Source of the DNA: an uncultured Desulfobacter sp.
GTDB taxonomy: Bacteria > Desulfobacterota > Desulfobacteria > Desulfobacterales > Desulfobacteraceae
DNA: 64,000 bases
Assembly (NCBI GenBank): GCA_963665095.1
Contig: OY762069.1
Location: forward strand, 5,920,001 to 5,984,000
Direction: 5' to 3'
In this document: piece by piece, positions 18,898 through 30,153 of the stretch
Position numbering within the stretch: the first letter of the stretch is position 1
Layout of the letters: every line of letters begins with the position of its first letter
Program-made: the position numbers and the translations under genes
The notes under the pieces: generated by a model
What the model was told of the DNA's origin: nothing
The model's input: the letters and a program-made list of their open reading frames with translations, nothing else
The model's database searches: none

Positions 18898-19680
18898 TTA
18901 TTTTTTAAGGGCTAAGAGCTTTTCAGCAATCTGTCTCAACTCTTCCGGGATATTGGCAATGTCATCAAAGGGGCGTGTGCCGTCACGGTCTGACTTGACA
19001 ATTTCATCCAGCTCAGGCAGGAATCCCAGAATTTTATAGTCCGGCATGCTTTCTGTAATCAGGGCCTTGTCTTCGTCGGATTTCACTCGGTTGCCTAAAA
19101 CTACAATATTTTGAATGCCGATGTCCTTACCTAATTTCCGAATGGTGTCTGCGGCCACCCGGCTGCGTTTGCCGGGGTTGACCACTACTACAAGGGCATC
19201 CACAGAACCTGAGGTGGCGCGCCCTAAATGTTCGACGCCGGCTTCCATGTCCATAATTACGATCTCATTTCTTGCCAGCACCAGATGGTTCATCAGGGCT
19301 TTTAAAATGGTTGCTTCCGGGCAGATGCACCCTGAGCCGCCTTTCTGGACTGTGCCCATAACCAGTAGCTTGACGCCATCTTTTTCAAGTGAAAAACGAT
19401 CCGGAATATCATCCACTTTGGGATTCAGGGTAAAAAATCCGCCCATGGTGCCGGGCTGGGCTCCGGTACGTTCTGCAATCAGATCTGACAGCGCCGCAAT
19501 AGGAGTAATGGGTGCTGTTTCATCAATTCCTAAACCGGCAGCCAGGTTGGCAACAGGGTCTGCATCAATGGCAATAACACTGGTTTCTTTCTCAAGAGCT
19601 GCTATGGTACGGGCGATCAGGGCTGTAACCGTTGTTTTTCCGACTCCGCCTTTGCCGCCAAATGCAAGTTTTAAACTCAT
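18898..19680 (-). CDS. cooC: CODH/ACS nickel-insertion ATPase (CooC/AcsF)
   Basis: GKGGVGKT, IDADP, GSGCICP and DMEAGVEHLGR motifs. Confidence 0.92.
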   Translation of the reverse strand: MSLKLAFGGKGGVGKTTVTALIARTIAALEKETSVIAIDADPVANLAAGLGIDETAPITPIAALSDLIAERTGAQPGTMGGFFTLNPKVDDIPDRFSLEKDGVKLLVMGTVQKGGSGCICPEATILKALMNHLVLARNEIVIMDMEAGVEHLGRATSGSVDALVVVVNPGKRSRVAADTIRKLGKDIGIQNIVVLGNRVKSDEDKALITESMPDYKILGFLPELDEIVKSDRDGTRPFDDIANIPEELRQIAEKLLALKK

Positions 19681-19718
19681 TATAGGGTGTTTCCTTGTTT
19701 GCGCACATTTGTAAAAAA

Positions 19719-20012
19719 TTATTCAAGCTGTTTCAAAATCTTACCGTCCTCATCCAGGATAAAGATTTTATGTCCTGCTTCTTTTGCTGCTGTTCTGACA
19801 TCCTCTTCGATTACGGCATGGACATCATACTTACCAGTAAAAAGATCCTTAGGCATTAAAGAAAAACATGCTTTGGCATCCTGTTTTGATTTAAATACAG
19901 GCAGGAATTTTTCACCGTCATCCTGGCTAAAACCCAAAAACTGCGCTCTAGGGGTATCAGGGTTCTGGACAATGAGATAATACCACTTGTCAGTGACTTC
20001 CATATTTTCCAT
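19719..20012 (-). CDS. Small hypothetical protein upstream of cooC
   Basis: 97-aa ORF with AAGGA RBS, co-oriented with cooC and 38 nt from it. Confidence 0.7.
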   Translation of the reverse strand: MENMEVTDKWYYLIVQNPDTPRAQFLGFSQDDGEKFLPVFKSKQDAKACFSLMPKDLFTGKYDVHAVIEEDVRTAAKEAGHKIFILDEDGKILKQLE

Positions 20013-20449
20013 GTTCTATCCTTGGGTTATTATTTAGGGGATCTGTTTTTGTATCAACTTTTTACCAGTTAAATTTTATATTCCTTAAGACCTTTTAATA
20101 TATGTCTGTAAGCGGATTTTTCAACCAGCGAACACTGATAAAAAAAATCAACCGGTGTTATACAAAAACAGATTAATGAGTTACAGATCCGGTCCAATTA
20201 TGGTTCCCCTTCACCCGGAAAGTGGCGTTATCCTATATAATTACACATGCAGAGGCAAGGAAAGAAATAATCCCTGTACATAAAAATACGTACACTTTCA
20301 TACGTGAGGATTTCAGTTTTGTGCAACAACGCAGCAAGTGAGTGGCTTTGTGTCAGGCGGGGCGTGAACATGTCATAAATCTCCCGGTTTAAAAATGTAG
20401 GCGATTAAAGGGCCGGCCTCCAGATGCATGTAGACCGGCCTCGGCTTTG

Positions 20450-21184
20450 TTATTCTTCTGTCACATCTTTCATTCTAAAACTCTTAGCCTCAATGACCAC
20501 AGGCTCGGTGTGGTGAAGAAGCCTGTCCAGCAGAGCTGATGTTAATGTCATGTCATTGTTGAAGATCTCCGGCCAATCTTTGAACACCCGGTTTGTGGTT
20601 ACTATGATGGCTCCTTGCTCATAGCACTGACTGATAATTTGGAACAACAGGTCTGCCCCAATCTTGTCAATGGGCAGGTAGCCCAGTTCATCCATGATCA
20701 GCAAAGTTGGCTTGAGGTATTTTCTCAGTTCCTGCTTTAACTGACCCGCCTTCTGGGCTGCCACCAGATTGTTGACGATATCAATGGCAGAAGAGAACAG
20801 AACCGTATGGTTTTTCAGGCAGGTCTGGTAACCTAAAGCAGTCGCAATATGTGTTTTCCCAACACCAACCGGGCCGATCACGATAATGTTACCCTTTTCT
20901 TCAATGAACTTGAGTTTGAACAGATTCTGGATCTGGGCCTGATTGATTTTTCTGGGCCATGACCAGTTGAACTGGTCCAGAGTTTTGATTACCGGGAACT
21001 TGGCCATACGGATACGGCGCTGGATGGTTTTATCATGGCGCAGTAGTGATTCATGCCTGGCAAGCTCTGATAGATACTGAACGTGGCTCCATTGCTTCTG
21101 GGCAGCCAGGGTAGCCACTGACTCATAGTTTTCCCTGATATAAGGTAGTTTTAAGTGGGACAGGCATTTTTCAAGATCAGGCAT
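20450..21184 (-). CDS. istB: IS21 helper ATPase
   Basis: GPVGVGKTH, LLIMDELGYLP and ALLDRLLHH motifs. Confidence 0.93.
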   Translation of the reverse strand: MPDLEKCLSHLKLPYIRENYESVATLAAQKQWSHVQYLSELARHESLLRHDKTIQRRIRMAKFPVIKTLDQFNWSWPRKINQAQIQNLFKLKFIEEKGNIIVIGPVGVGKTHIATALGYQTCLKNHTVLFSSAIDIVNNLVAAQKAGQLKQELRKYLKPTLLIMDELGYLPIDKIGADLLFQIISQCYEQGAIIVTTNRVFKDWPEIFNNDMTLTSALLDRLLHHTEPVVIEAKSFRMKDVTEE

Positions 21185-22378
21185 TTTTATCTCCTATGGC
21201 AGTATAAATATTAAGATCAGGCTCCTGGATTGTCAGGTTCAGTAAATCTGCTTTATGTGTAACATGCAGGGCTCCGGGCTCCTGGGGAGACCGAAACCGC
21301 TGCTCAAGGAGGTTGGCGATGTATTCACATGAAAATGCAGAGAACTTAAAGGTCTCTTCAATGGCCATGGCAACTTGTTCCCGGGAGTAGATTTCACTCA
21401 AGGCCACGATTTGCCGTACATGATGGGAGGCGTTAAGCCGCCTGTTCTGCAATTGCCTGTAATATTCCCCGGCCTTGTCAGACAGGCTTAAAAAACGCAT
21501 ATAAATTGCCTGGTCTCTGGCCTTTTTGCGCTGGCTCAAAAGGATTTTAGAGTGATCAGGATCTTCAAGGTCGTTTTTGCGGCCATAGGATCTGACATGG
21601 CGGGCAACCAACTTGTCTTCATGGTAAAAGCAGATCCGATCAGGGTAAAGCTTGGCAGTCAAAGCCACCCCGGCCAGCTGGGCAGGTACTGTGTAAGCAT
21701 TTATATCGATGACTACCCTGTACTGTCTTGAAGCCCGTACCTGCTTTACCACACCGATATCATAGGGTTCTGACGGCAGAGGGTATAGGTGGGGCAATTC
21801 CAGGGCATACATCTCTGCGGGCTTTTGACCGGTCTCTCCGTGGGTTCTGACATTGGCGACAGTATCAAGCCAGTGTTTGCAGGTGGGCTCCATGATCTTA
21901 AAATCAGGGATTTCAAGACCGTTGAGCAGATTCTTTTTGACATAGCCCACAGCATTTTCAACCTGGCCTTTTTCATTACCCTTGCGCACATTGCAGGGAA
22001 CAATTGTAAATCCGTAATAATCTGCAAAATTAAGGTATCTGGGGTTGAAGACCGGGGCTTTCCCCAGCAGTCTTTTTAGAACAGCGGATTTGAGATTGTC
22101 CACCATGACCTTTTCCGGCACCTTTCCAAAAAACTCAAATGCATTCTGGTGGCAGCCTAAAAAATGCTCCATGGTCTGGGAGACTGTGAACTCAACGTAC
22201 ATCATGCGGCTGTGGCACATCACCATAACAAAAAAGCTCAACTGCCGGGTCGTGTTGCCCACCCTTACTGTACTATAAGAACCCCAGTCCACCTGGGCAG
22301 CTTCACCCGGAGCAAAACTCAGTTTCAAATACGCCTTTGTTTTGGGCGGCCGCACCTTCCTGACATAATCCTCAACTG
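21177..22378 (-). pseudogene. istA: IS21 transposase lacking its N-terminal HTH
   Basis: PGEAAQVDWG, DNLKSAV and EKGQVENAV motifs; the ORF-track N-terminus (22481) is antisense of the hydB pseudogene, and real homology begins near EDYVRKVRP. Confidence 0.85.
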
Positions 22379-22380
22379 AT

Positions 22381-23952
22381 ATGGTCCCTTCTGTAATGGA
22401 GTTCCCCCGCTTCAACCGCGAATCCCGGGTGATCATGGGCCGCTGCGGACGTATTGATCCGGAACAGATCCAGGAGTACATTGCCGACGGGGGCTATGGC
22501 ACGCTGGCAAAGGCCCTGGCCCTGGACCCGGAACAGATCCTTGAAACCATTGAGGCATCCGGGCTGCGGGGCAGGGGAGGGGCGGGATTCCCCATGGCCT
22601 GTAAATGGCGGACTGCACGGCAGACGCATGCGGCTGAAAAATAAATCGTGTGCAACGCGGACGAGGGGGACCCCGGTGCCTACATGGACCGCACGCTTCT
22701 GGAGAGCAATCCCCACCAGGTGATCGAGGGGATACTGGTGGCGGCCCTGGCCGTGGGGGCCTGCCAAGGCATGGTCTATGTGCGCTCGGAATACCCGCTT
22801 GCCGTGCGCATCCTTACCCTTGCCGTTGAGCAGGCAAGAGCCTAGGGTTTTTGGGGGACAACATCCTTGGCAGCGGTTTTTGTTTTGATATCGAACTGTT
22901 CCAGGGGTCCGGCGCCTTTGTCTGCGGGGAAGAGACGGCGCTGATCCGGTCTGTGGAAGGGTTTCGGGGCATGCCCCGGCATCGTCCTCCCTTTCCCGCC
23001 ACCAGGGGGAGACAGGGGCACCCCACGGTGATCAACAATGTAAAAACCTTGGCTTTTGTGGTTGCCATTATGGAAAAAGGGGAGTCCCGGAACGGCGGTT
23101 TTCAGCGTGGTGGGCAATGTGGTGCGCCCGGGACTGGTGGAGATCCCCATGGGCATCTCCCTGCGGGAACTGATCTTTGATGTGTGCGGCGGGATTCCCG
23201 GCAAAAAACAGTTTAAAGCCGTGCAGATCGGCGGACCCTCCGGTGGCTGCCTGTCCGAGGATTACCTGGATACGCCCGTGGATTTTGACGCACTGAACCG
23301 GGCCGGTGCCATGATGGGCTCCGGCGGCCTGGTGGTCATGGATGAAGATGCGTGTATGGTGGATGTGGCAAGGTTTTTTCTTGATTTCACCCAGAAAGAG
23401 TCCTGCGGCAAATGTACCTTCTGCCGCTTCGGGACCCGCCACCTGCTGGAGATCCTGGAACGGATCACAAAGGGAGACTGAGGTGACGGGGATATTGAGC
23501 AGCTGGAGCAGATCAGCCGGGCCGTTAAAAAAGGGTCCCTTTGCGGACTGGGCAAAACCTCGCCCAATCCCGTGCTCACCTCCCTTGCCTGCTTCAGGGA
23601 GGAATACCAGGCCCATATGTCCGAGCAGAAATGTCCGTCCGGTACCTGTCGGGAACTGACGGCCTTTTATATTGATGAGCAAAAGTGCGCCCTGGGCTGC
23701 GATGTGTGCGCAGCCTGCTGCACGGTGGATGCCGTGTTCACCACAACGGGGTTGAAAAAAGGCATTGACCAGACCCTGTGCGTAAAAATGCGGCGAGTGC
23801 GTGACCGCCTGTCCCCCGGATTACGATGCCGTGGTAAAGGTGTCTCCGGCACGGCTGGTGCCCGTGGTGGAACAAATGCCTGTGCAGGCACCGGAAAATG
23901 CAGACCAAGACCCCAATATAACCCGGGACGAATCCCGGGGCGAGAACGGTGA
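22381..23952 (+). pseudogene. NADH-binding HydB/NuoF-like flavoprotein subunit, degraded
   Basis: [62 protein letters not shown] and a C-terminal ferredoxin; stops at 22642 and 23479, frameshifts near 22840, 23085 and 23785. Confidence 0.9.
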
Positions 23953-23958
23953 ATCTCT

Positions 23959-24070
23959 ATGAACACAGCAGTCGCCCAAACCGTTTCACTGACTGTCAAC
24001 CACAGGGCCATCCAGGCGGAAAAAGGCGCAAGCCTCTTGTCAGCCTGCCTGGATGCCGGCTTTTTTATAT
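23959..24070 (+). pseudogene. 5' stub of a [2Fe-2S]-type subunit (HydA/NuoG/FdhA-like N-terminus)
   Basis: MNTAVAQTVSLTVNHRAIQAEKGASLLSACLDAGFFI; homology is then lost. Confidence 0.6.
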
Positions 24071-24466
24071 GGGGCTGGATCGGTTTTCATGCAGCCGGCA
24101 TTTGTAAAAAGGATCCACTTTGAAAAATCGAAATGATTTTAATGTACATCCCCATGGACAGTTAAAAATTCCGGGAAGTATTAGCAAAGCGGCTTAAACG
24201 ATGCTTTGTTAAAACTATACTCTCTTTTTTTTAAATAGCACAATGGCCTGATACCGGGTCGGTCATGCCAGTTCTCCTTTTCAAGCTGGTTTATATCAGT
24301 TTTTGATTACTGACACAAAATTTTGAACACCCTTCTTTAACCCGGGTGTAACCACAACAATTATCGCAGCCTGAACAAGTGGCTTAACTGCAATTTTTTA
24401 CAATACATTTAAGAAAAGATGGCATAGGTCTTCTTGAAATTTATTTGTCATTCAAGGAGATTAAAA

Positions 24467-25384
24467 ATGCAAACCCTATCATGTAAAAAGCCTGACCGTT
24501 GGAAAAATTCAATTTCTAAATCAACACTGATCCCTTATGTCGCCCTTCTGGCTGCTGCCTTTTTCTGGGGTGCGTCGTTTCCGGCCACCCGTTTCGCCGT
24601 AAGCCTTCTTGATCCAGGCGCGGTGATGTTTTGCCGCATGGCGGTTGCATGTCTGATTATGGCCCCCTTTGCCAGGCAGTTGAAACCAGCTGTTTTGTCA
24701 GCAAAAGATTTAATCCTTTTAATCCCAATGATCCTGCTCCAGCCCTGCCTCTATTTCCTTCTGGAATCCAATGCGCTGAAACTGACCACCTCTTCCCAGG
24801 CCGGCGTTATCTCGGCTTCAGTGCCCATGCTTGTGGCTCTGGGCGCCTGGCTATTTTTATCGGAAAAGATCACCATGAAAGTGGTCTTAGGGCTGGTTGT
24901 GTCCATGGCCGGTGTCATCATCTTGACTTTTCAGGCAGGCCCGGCCCGGGCAGGGGACAATCCTTTTCTTGGAAACTGCCTGGAGTTGGGTGCCATGGCC
25001 TGTGCCGCCGGCAATATGCTCTTGGTCAAGCGATTAAGTGTGAAGTACAGCACCTGGACCCTGACCGGTTTGCAGTTTATTGCCGGCCTGATTTTTTTTT
25101 CCCCGGGAATGGTCCATATTGTTTCCAGGCCCGGGACCCTTTTCCGGCTGGATTTAATCGGGGTGCTGATTCTTTTAGGGGCCTTTGCCTCAGTGGGGGC
25201 TTTTGGGCTTTATAACTGGTCCATGAGCCGCATAGCTGCAAGCAGGGCTTCTGTATTTATAAACCTGGTCCCGGTGATTGCTGTAGGTTTAGGCTGGACC
25301 CTGCTGGGTGAGTCACTTGCTTTGGGGCAGGCGGCAGGTGCCTTTCTGGTGGGCTGCGGGGTGATGGTCAGTCAGAAAAAATAA
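24467..25384 (+). CDS. DMT/EamA family transporter
   Basis: FFWGASF, two EamA repeats and about 10 TM segments; AAGGAG RBS before 24467. Confidence 0.9.
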   Translation: MQTLSCKKPDRWKNSISKSTLIPYVALLAAAFFWGASFPATRFAVSLLDPGAVMFCRMAVACLIMAPFARQLKPAVLSAKDLILLIPMILLQPCLYFLLESNALKLTTSSQAGVISASVPMLVALGAWLFLSEKITMKVVLGLVVSMAGVIILTFQAGPARAGDNPFLGNCLELGAMACAAGNMLLVKRLSVKYSTWTLTGLQFIAGLIFFSPGMVHIVSRPGTLFRLDLIGVLILLGAFASVGAFGLYNWSMSRIAASRASVFINLVPVIAVGLGWTLLGESLALGQAAGAFLVGCGVMVSQKK

Positions 25385-25428
25385 AAAACTGCCCCTGTCC
25401 GAATAGGTTCCGGACAGGGGCAGTAAAA
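25383..25428. terminator. Terminator hairpin between convergent EamA and acsE
   Basis: 14-bp stem ACTGCCCCTGTCCG/CGGACAGGGGCAGT with a T-run on the minus strand. Confidence 0.8.
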
Positions 25429-25451
25429 CAAAAACTATGCAAAAAGTCAGA

Positions 25452-26366
25452 TCAGATTTCCAGCCAGGAATCTGAATACAGGGTTTCACCCATGATTACT
25501 TTATAAGTCTTGTAGTAGTCAAGCAGTTCGCCTTCAAGGCTGGCGGCTCCTGGATCGTTGCCGTCCATCAGACCCCAGATAAGGTCAGTGATATCAGAAC
25601 GCTGCCCCTTGGCAATGGCCGTCTGGCGTTTGTCAAGCGGATCGGCAATAACGGATTTCATCCCGTATTTCCACAGCATGCACATATAGGTGGAGTTCAG
25701 AATGGGGCGAAGATGCTCTGGCGGCCCATTGGAGATGTTGGACAGACCACAGGTGGATTTTGCACCAGGGGCTATGTCTTCCAGCATCATCTGAAAGTTG
25801 AGAAGGCTCATGCACTGCTGCTGCTGAATGTTTACAGGTGTTACAATACCGTCTACCCAGATTTTTTCATTGGGAATACCGGCTTCGTTGGCAAAATAAA
25901 GCAGTTCTACTGCCAGGGCTGCTCTTTCATTCTCGTCACGGGGCAGTCCTTCGGGACCCCACATCAGGGCTACAAAATCAGCATCATATTTAGCAGTCAT
26001 GGGCACCATTCTCTCATAACGTTCGGCCCGGGCCATGATGGAGTTGACAATATGGGGCTTGTCAGCAGGCTTGCAAACCTTAAGCCCTTCTTCAATGGCG
26101 TCGATGTTAGAAGAGTCCAGAAGCAGGGGCATTCCCGGGACCGCTTCCTGAACAACATTAACAACCCAGGGCATCAGCTCTTTACCGGTTTTTTTGGCAG
26201 GGCCAAGGTTGATGTCAATGTAGTCCATGCCCAGCTCTTTTTGTCTGGTGACTTCTGCCTGGATGGGTTCGGGATTACGTTTGGCGGGATCAGGTTCCTT
26301 GAACTCTTTTCCGATGACCTTGGAAATAACGTTCAAGCTTTCACCAAATAAAATCATGTTCTCCAT
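25452..26366 (-). CDS. acsE: Methyl-THF:corrinoid Fe-S protein methyltransferase
   Basis: Pterin-binding fold: GESLN, IDINLG, LLDSS, VNSI and GLSNIS motifs; last gene of the acs operon. Confidence 0.9.
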   Translation of the reverse strand: MENMILFGESLNVISKVIGKEFKEPDPAKRNPEPIQAEVTRQKELGMDYIDINLGPAKKTGKELMPWVVNVVQEAVPGMPLLLDSSNIDAIEEGLKVCKPADKPHIVNSIMARAERYERMVPMTAKYDADFVALMWGPEGLPRDENERAALAVELLYFANEAGIPNEKIWVDGIVTPVNIQQQQCMSLLNFQMMLEDIAPGAKSTCGLSNISNGPPEHLRPILNSTYMCMLWKYGMKSVIADPLDKRQTAIAKGQRSDITDLIWGLMDGNDPGAASLEGELLDYYKTYKVIMGETLYSDSWLEI

Positions 26367-26444
26367 GGTTTATCCTTTGCTTGATTTAGGGGTTGTACAT
26401 TTGCTGCCGGGGGGGCTGGGCCAACCCCGGCAGTAGTCTGTTCT

Positions 26445-27785
26445 TTATTTAGATTTGAGGAAGGCGGGCAGATGAGCTGCTTCCCTCGGTCCGACTGTAA
26501 TGGTCCAGCCGGGCAGTTCTTCTTCGACATCTCCGGCAATAGCGGCTGCATAGCCGGGAATGATCAGTTCAGTGTGTTTTACTTTATCCATGATGCCGCT
26601 CTTTTTAACGAACATGCCCACATCATCGCCGCCGAATTTTCCGGCTGCCCAGGCAGTCAGAACGGACAGTCCTTCTGAATCCTTGATCAACAGCCAGCAG
26701 GGTACTTTAGAGGACTCAATTTCACCAGATACGATGAAGTAAGTCAAGGCAAAGTTTGTGGTAACAAGAACTGGAGAATTTTCATCCGGGTTGCCGATTT
26801 CAAAGATGCCTTCGGTAACCGTCATGGGCCGCTGGGGATCGGTAAAGATGTTGAGCCGTTCCAGTAACAGCGGGAACAATGATTCCGGTGCGAAATCGGA
26901 CATCACGACAATGCCGCCGTATTTGGCCACCAGCATACCGGCAATAAGGGTTTCCATATCCAGGTTGGAAGCCATTTCACAGGGAAAGGAAATGGTGGGA
27001 AAGCCCAACGCCTTGTTGGATGCTTTAAGGGCGGCACGACGGATGGCCACCTGATCTTCAAAAAGCTGTTTGATTTCACGGGCGCCTGAATCAATCACAA
27101 GGTCTTTCAGACCCATGCCGGTCAGCTTTTCTGTCAGCGACTGAAGCGCGTCAATAGATTCGGCTTTCACTGCCAGGGGCAAATCATTGTCTTTTGCGAG
27201 CGCGCCCATGTCATCTGCATTGGCTTCTGTGGCAGCATAGAGCAAGGGACGTTTGAATCCGGCTTTCTCAACACCGGCTTTCATCACGTCAATATCTTCG
27301 GTCATAAGAATCAGGTTGAATTCAGATTCTTTTGCTATTTTTTCTGCAACTGCTGCAAAGGCATCAGCACCGTTTCCGGCATCTTTTACTGCAACAAGTT
27401 CGGGTCTCAGATTCAAGCCCACCCGTTCATACTGGAATGCATTGTAAATTTTAAGCTTGCTGTCCAACTCTGCAAGATCAATATCGGAAGAGACACAGGC
27501 TGCAAGCAATGTGGGGTTAAAAAAGGTTTTTTCATGTCTGTAAAGAACAGTTTCACCGCCGGTGGTGGTTTTACGCACGCCTTTGCCAAGGGCGACAGGG
27601 CGGATGGGAGGCGCGGACGCTTCGGCCAGTTTTTCCTTTGCTTCGTCGGACACATAAGGGCAGCTGTCCAGTTCTGCCTTGCCAGATGCCAGGTTCATTG
27701 CAAAGGCCAGGCAGGTGGGTACTCCGCACTCTTTGCAGTTTGTTTTCGGCAAGAGCTTGAAAATTTGAATACCGGTTAATGCCAT
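26445..27785 (-). CDS. acsC: Corrinoid Fe-S protein large (gamma) subunit
   Basis: LPKTNCKECGVPTCLAFA...CP, RLNIFTDPQ, TTNFALTY and SVLTAWAAGKF motifs. Confidence 0.95.
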   Translation of the reverse strand: MALTGIQIFKLLPKTNCKECGVPTCLAFAMNLASGKAELDSCPYVSDEAKEKLAEASAPPIRPVALGKGVRKTTTGGETVLYRHEKTFFNPTLLAACVSSDIDLAELDSKLKIYNAFQYERVGLNLRPELVAVKDAGNGADAFAAVAEKIAKESEFNLILMTEDIDVMKAGVEKAGFKRPLLYAATEANADDMGALAKDNDLPLAVKAESIDALQSLTEKLTGMGLKDLVIDSGAREIKQLFEDQVAIRRAALKASNKALGFPTISFPCEMASNLDMETLIAGMLVAKYGGIVVMSDFAPESLFPLLLERLNIFTDPQRPMTVTEGIFEIGNPDENSPVLVTTNFALTYFIVSGEIESSKVPCWLLIKDSEGLSVLTAWAAGKFGGDDVGMFVKKSGIMDKVKHTELIIPGYAAAIAGDVEEELPGWTITVGPREAAHLPAFLKSK

Positions 27786-27871
27786 TTTTATCTCCTTAAG
27801 TGATTATAGCGCTTGTTAATGGCCCGGCAGGGGGGCTGCCAGGCCATTGGTATTAAAATTACATTAAAAAC

Positions 27872-30085
27872 CTATCCTACAAGCGGTTCCATGGTAAGGG
27901 CCGGATGCCCTTTCTCTTCGAGCCATGGATAGATCTCTTCTTCAGTGATACCGACGGTTTCATCGGCAATCTTGTCCCAAAGATCAGGTACACCCATGTC
28001 GGCACCGCGTTTTTCTATTTTCTCTTTCAGTTCTTCTTTGAGCATCTTAGGCATCCAGACCATTCTCAAAAGACCGCCGTCACCAAGGATGAATTTACCC
28101 TGGGTAATGTTGTGTTTGGAGTGGCCCACAAATCCCGGAGAAGAAGCACCGCCGCCCATAACACCGGCCAGCGTGGTGAACTTCATACCGCAGGGAGTCT
28201 CTCCGCCGTAATCACGGCCAACGGTCATCACCCCGTTACACATTGGCAGCATGGCAGCGATACACTCGCAGCAGCCGCAGGTGGTCATGGGATCATGAAC
28301 CATGGAGTAGAAGTTGTAGCGTTCAATGGCGCCTCTGGACGCTTTTTTAACAAACTCGTTCGCACCGGAGAACTCACCGAGTTTGGCATTGATCACTTCA
28401 CCCTTTTGAATGGGCTGGTTGGGGCCCGTTGGGTTGATCTCGTACGCTGCCTTGCAGTCCATCCAGTTGTAAGCGCCGCAAAGGCCTGTTCTTTCCGGGG
28501 ATACGGAGCATACATGGGAGGGAGCAAAAGACTGACACAGAGTGCAGGAGTAGAAGATATCCACATCCTCATCCCTCATGTTGTCAACACGTTCGTCACG
28601 CATCTTGTACTCAGCCCGGGCACGTTCGGTGATCTTTTCCACGTCTTCAGGTTTGGTGTAAAGTGTGACCTGAACCTTGTCCACAATCTTGGTGAAATCC
28701 TGGTGGAATTTGGCATGGAGCACAACACCGATATGTCTCAGAGAAAAGCCTTTTTCCATGGCCGTTTTGGATACGCGGATCCAGGAGATATCACGCTGTC
28801 CAATGTGCATAATGGACTGGATATAGTTGGTCAGATGATGGATCTGACGTTCCATGATGGGCTCAAAGTCCTCCTGGAATTCACGTCCGGCAATCTGAAC
28901 GAAAATGCCAAGGGGGAAGGTTTCGCCTTCTTTAAGATCGGTGACATCCGGGCCGATGATCTCAACCTTGCCGTCTTCGATCTCATTCATTTCAGCGCGT
29001 TTTACAAGCTCTGTACACTGGGTCTTGCCACCGCCGCACTGGCAGTGGAGATCAGCACCGCGAACACGTTCACCCTCGTAAGCCGGACCAAAAGCCATGG
29101 GGATGTCGATTTCCGTTACGGAAACTTTCAAGCCACGGACTTCAACCGATCTTTGTACCATTTCGCTGTGGGCAACCGGTGCCACAACGTGCTCGTAGGT
29201 ACAGATACCGGTTGGCAGAATCTCAGGAATGGGCGTATCTGCGATGGTGGGGAAACCCCAGTTTACGCAGCCGGCTGCTGCCACACCCCATTCAGTGCCC
29301 ACATCGCCAAGGGCGTTAACAAATGCAAATACACGCTCTTTGTTGTAGGTCAGGATCTTTTTGTAGTCGCCAGGCTGAACACCACCGAAGGCCATGGCGG
29401 CACGGTTGGCAAACCCAAGGGCAAATACAGCTGAGGAGATATCCGGACCAAAGGGAACAATACGGGTGTTCCAGCCAATCTGCATGCCGGCTTCATGGCA
29501 CTGCTCAATCAAGGTCTTCCCATTGTGGTTGGCTGCGCAGAAAATATACAGAGATTTTTTCTGGTAGTCTTCCACGATCATTTTAGCGGTTTCCACATCA
29601 GGCGCTGCACCAACCATGGCGGCAAAACCAGGGGCTGAACCGTCAACGAACTCAACACCACGTTTACGCAGAATGGTATCATCAGCAGCACCCACCCACC
29701 ATTTACCGTTTTCAATGTCCGGATCTTCAGTGGTGACGTAGAAATCAGGATCATTCAGGTAACGGATCGCCTCTTTTACCTCATAGGCGATAATACCGGC
29801 CATACCAGCGTCCAGAAGAGGACCAAGGTACGGAAGCCAGTGTTTCAGCTTAAGATGGGGCGGAAGAAGCCCGCGGGCAAATTCCATGGGTTTTTTCAGA
29901 TCTTCCAGGGTTTCACATTTCAACCCTGTCAGAGAGTAAATAACCGGCAGGTAGTATGCAGTGTTGGGGAATCCTATTTTAGTGCTGGCATCGTAGGTCT
30001 GCAGTGCTTTTTCAAGTTCACCTTCAACCTGTGACACTACTTTATATCCACCCTGAATGGCAGCAAATGCGATTAATTTAGACAT
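27872..30085 (-). CDS. acsB: Acetyl-CoA synthase (bacterial type, with N-terminal domain)
   Basis: FPNTAYYLP, CTLCQSFAPSHVC, GLCGA and PMTTCGCCECI (A-cluster) motifs. Confidence 0.97.
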   Translation of the reverse strand: MSKLIAFAAIQGGYKVVSQVEGELEKALQTYDASTKIGFPNTAYYLPVIYSLTGLKCETLEDLKKPMEFARGLLPPHLKLKHWLPYLGPLLDAGMAGIIAYEVKEAIRYLNDPDFYVTTEDPDIENGKWWVGAADDTILRKRGVEFVDGSAPGFAAMVGAAPDVETAKMIVEDYQKKSLYIFCAANHNGKTLIEQCHEAGMQIGWNTRIVPFGPDISSAVFALGFANRAAMAFGGVQPGDYKKILTYNKERVFAFVNALGDVGTEWGVAAAGCVNWGFPTIADTPIPEILPTGICTYEHVVAPVAHSEMVQRSVEVRGLKVSVTEIDIPMAFGPAYEGERVRGADLHCQCGGGKTQCTELVKRAEMNEIEDGKVEIIGPDVTDLKEGETFPLGIFVQIAGREFQEDFEPIMERQIHHLTNYIQSIMHIGQRDISWIRVSKTAMEKGFSLRHIGVVLHAKFHQDFTKIVDKVQVTLYTKPEDVEKITERARAEYKMRDERVDNMRDEDVDIFYSCTLCQSFAPSHVCSVSPERTGLCGAYNWMDCKAAYEINPTGPNQPIQKGEVINAKLGEFSGANEFVKKASRGAIERYNFYSMVHDPMTTCGCCECIAAMLPMCNGVMTVGRDYGGETPCGMKFTTLAGVMGGGASSPGFVGHSKHNITQGKFILGDGGLLRMVWMPKMLKEELKEKIEKRGADMGVPDLWDKIADETVGITEEEIYPWLEEKGHPALTMEPLVG

Positions 30086-30153
30086 ATGTACTTTCCTCCT
30101 TCGTTGAGGATATTAGTTATTATTCTGTTCAATCTGTTTATTTCGCTATCCTC

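Larger units (their letters stand above)
20351..22380 (-). mobile_element. IS21 family element, left part deleted
   Basis: istA-istB pair; TGTCA-starting terminal sequence at 20351 downstream of istB; no istA N-terminus or second end visible. Confidence 0.8.

Noticed and set aside
20223..20335. Possible MITE ends (GGCGTTATCC... / ...TGCAACAACGC)
   Set aside because: The match between the putative ends is too weak and there is no target duplication.
23479..23481. In-frame TGA in hydB as possible selenocysteine
   Set aside because: The position corresponds to Gly rather than Cys, and the gene also has a TAA stop and frameshifts.
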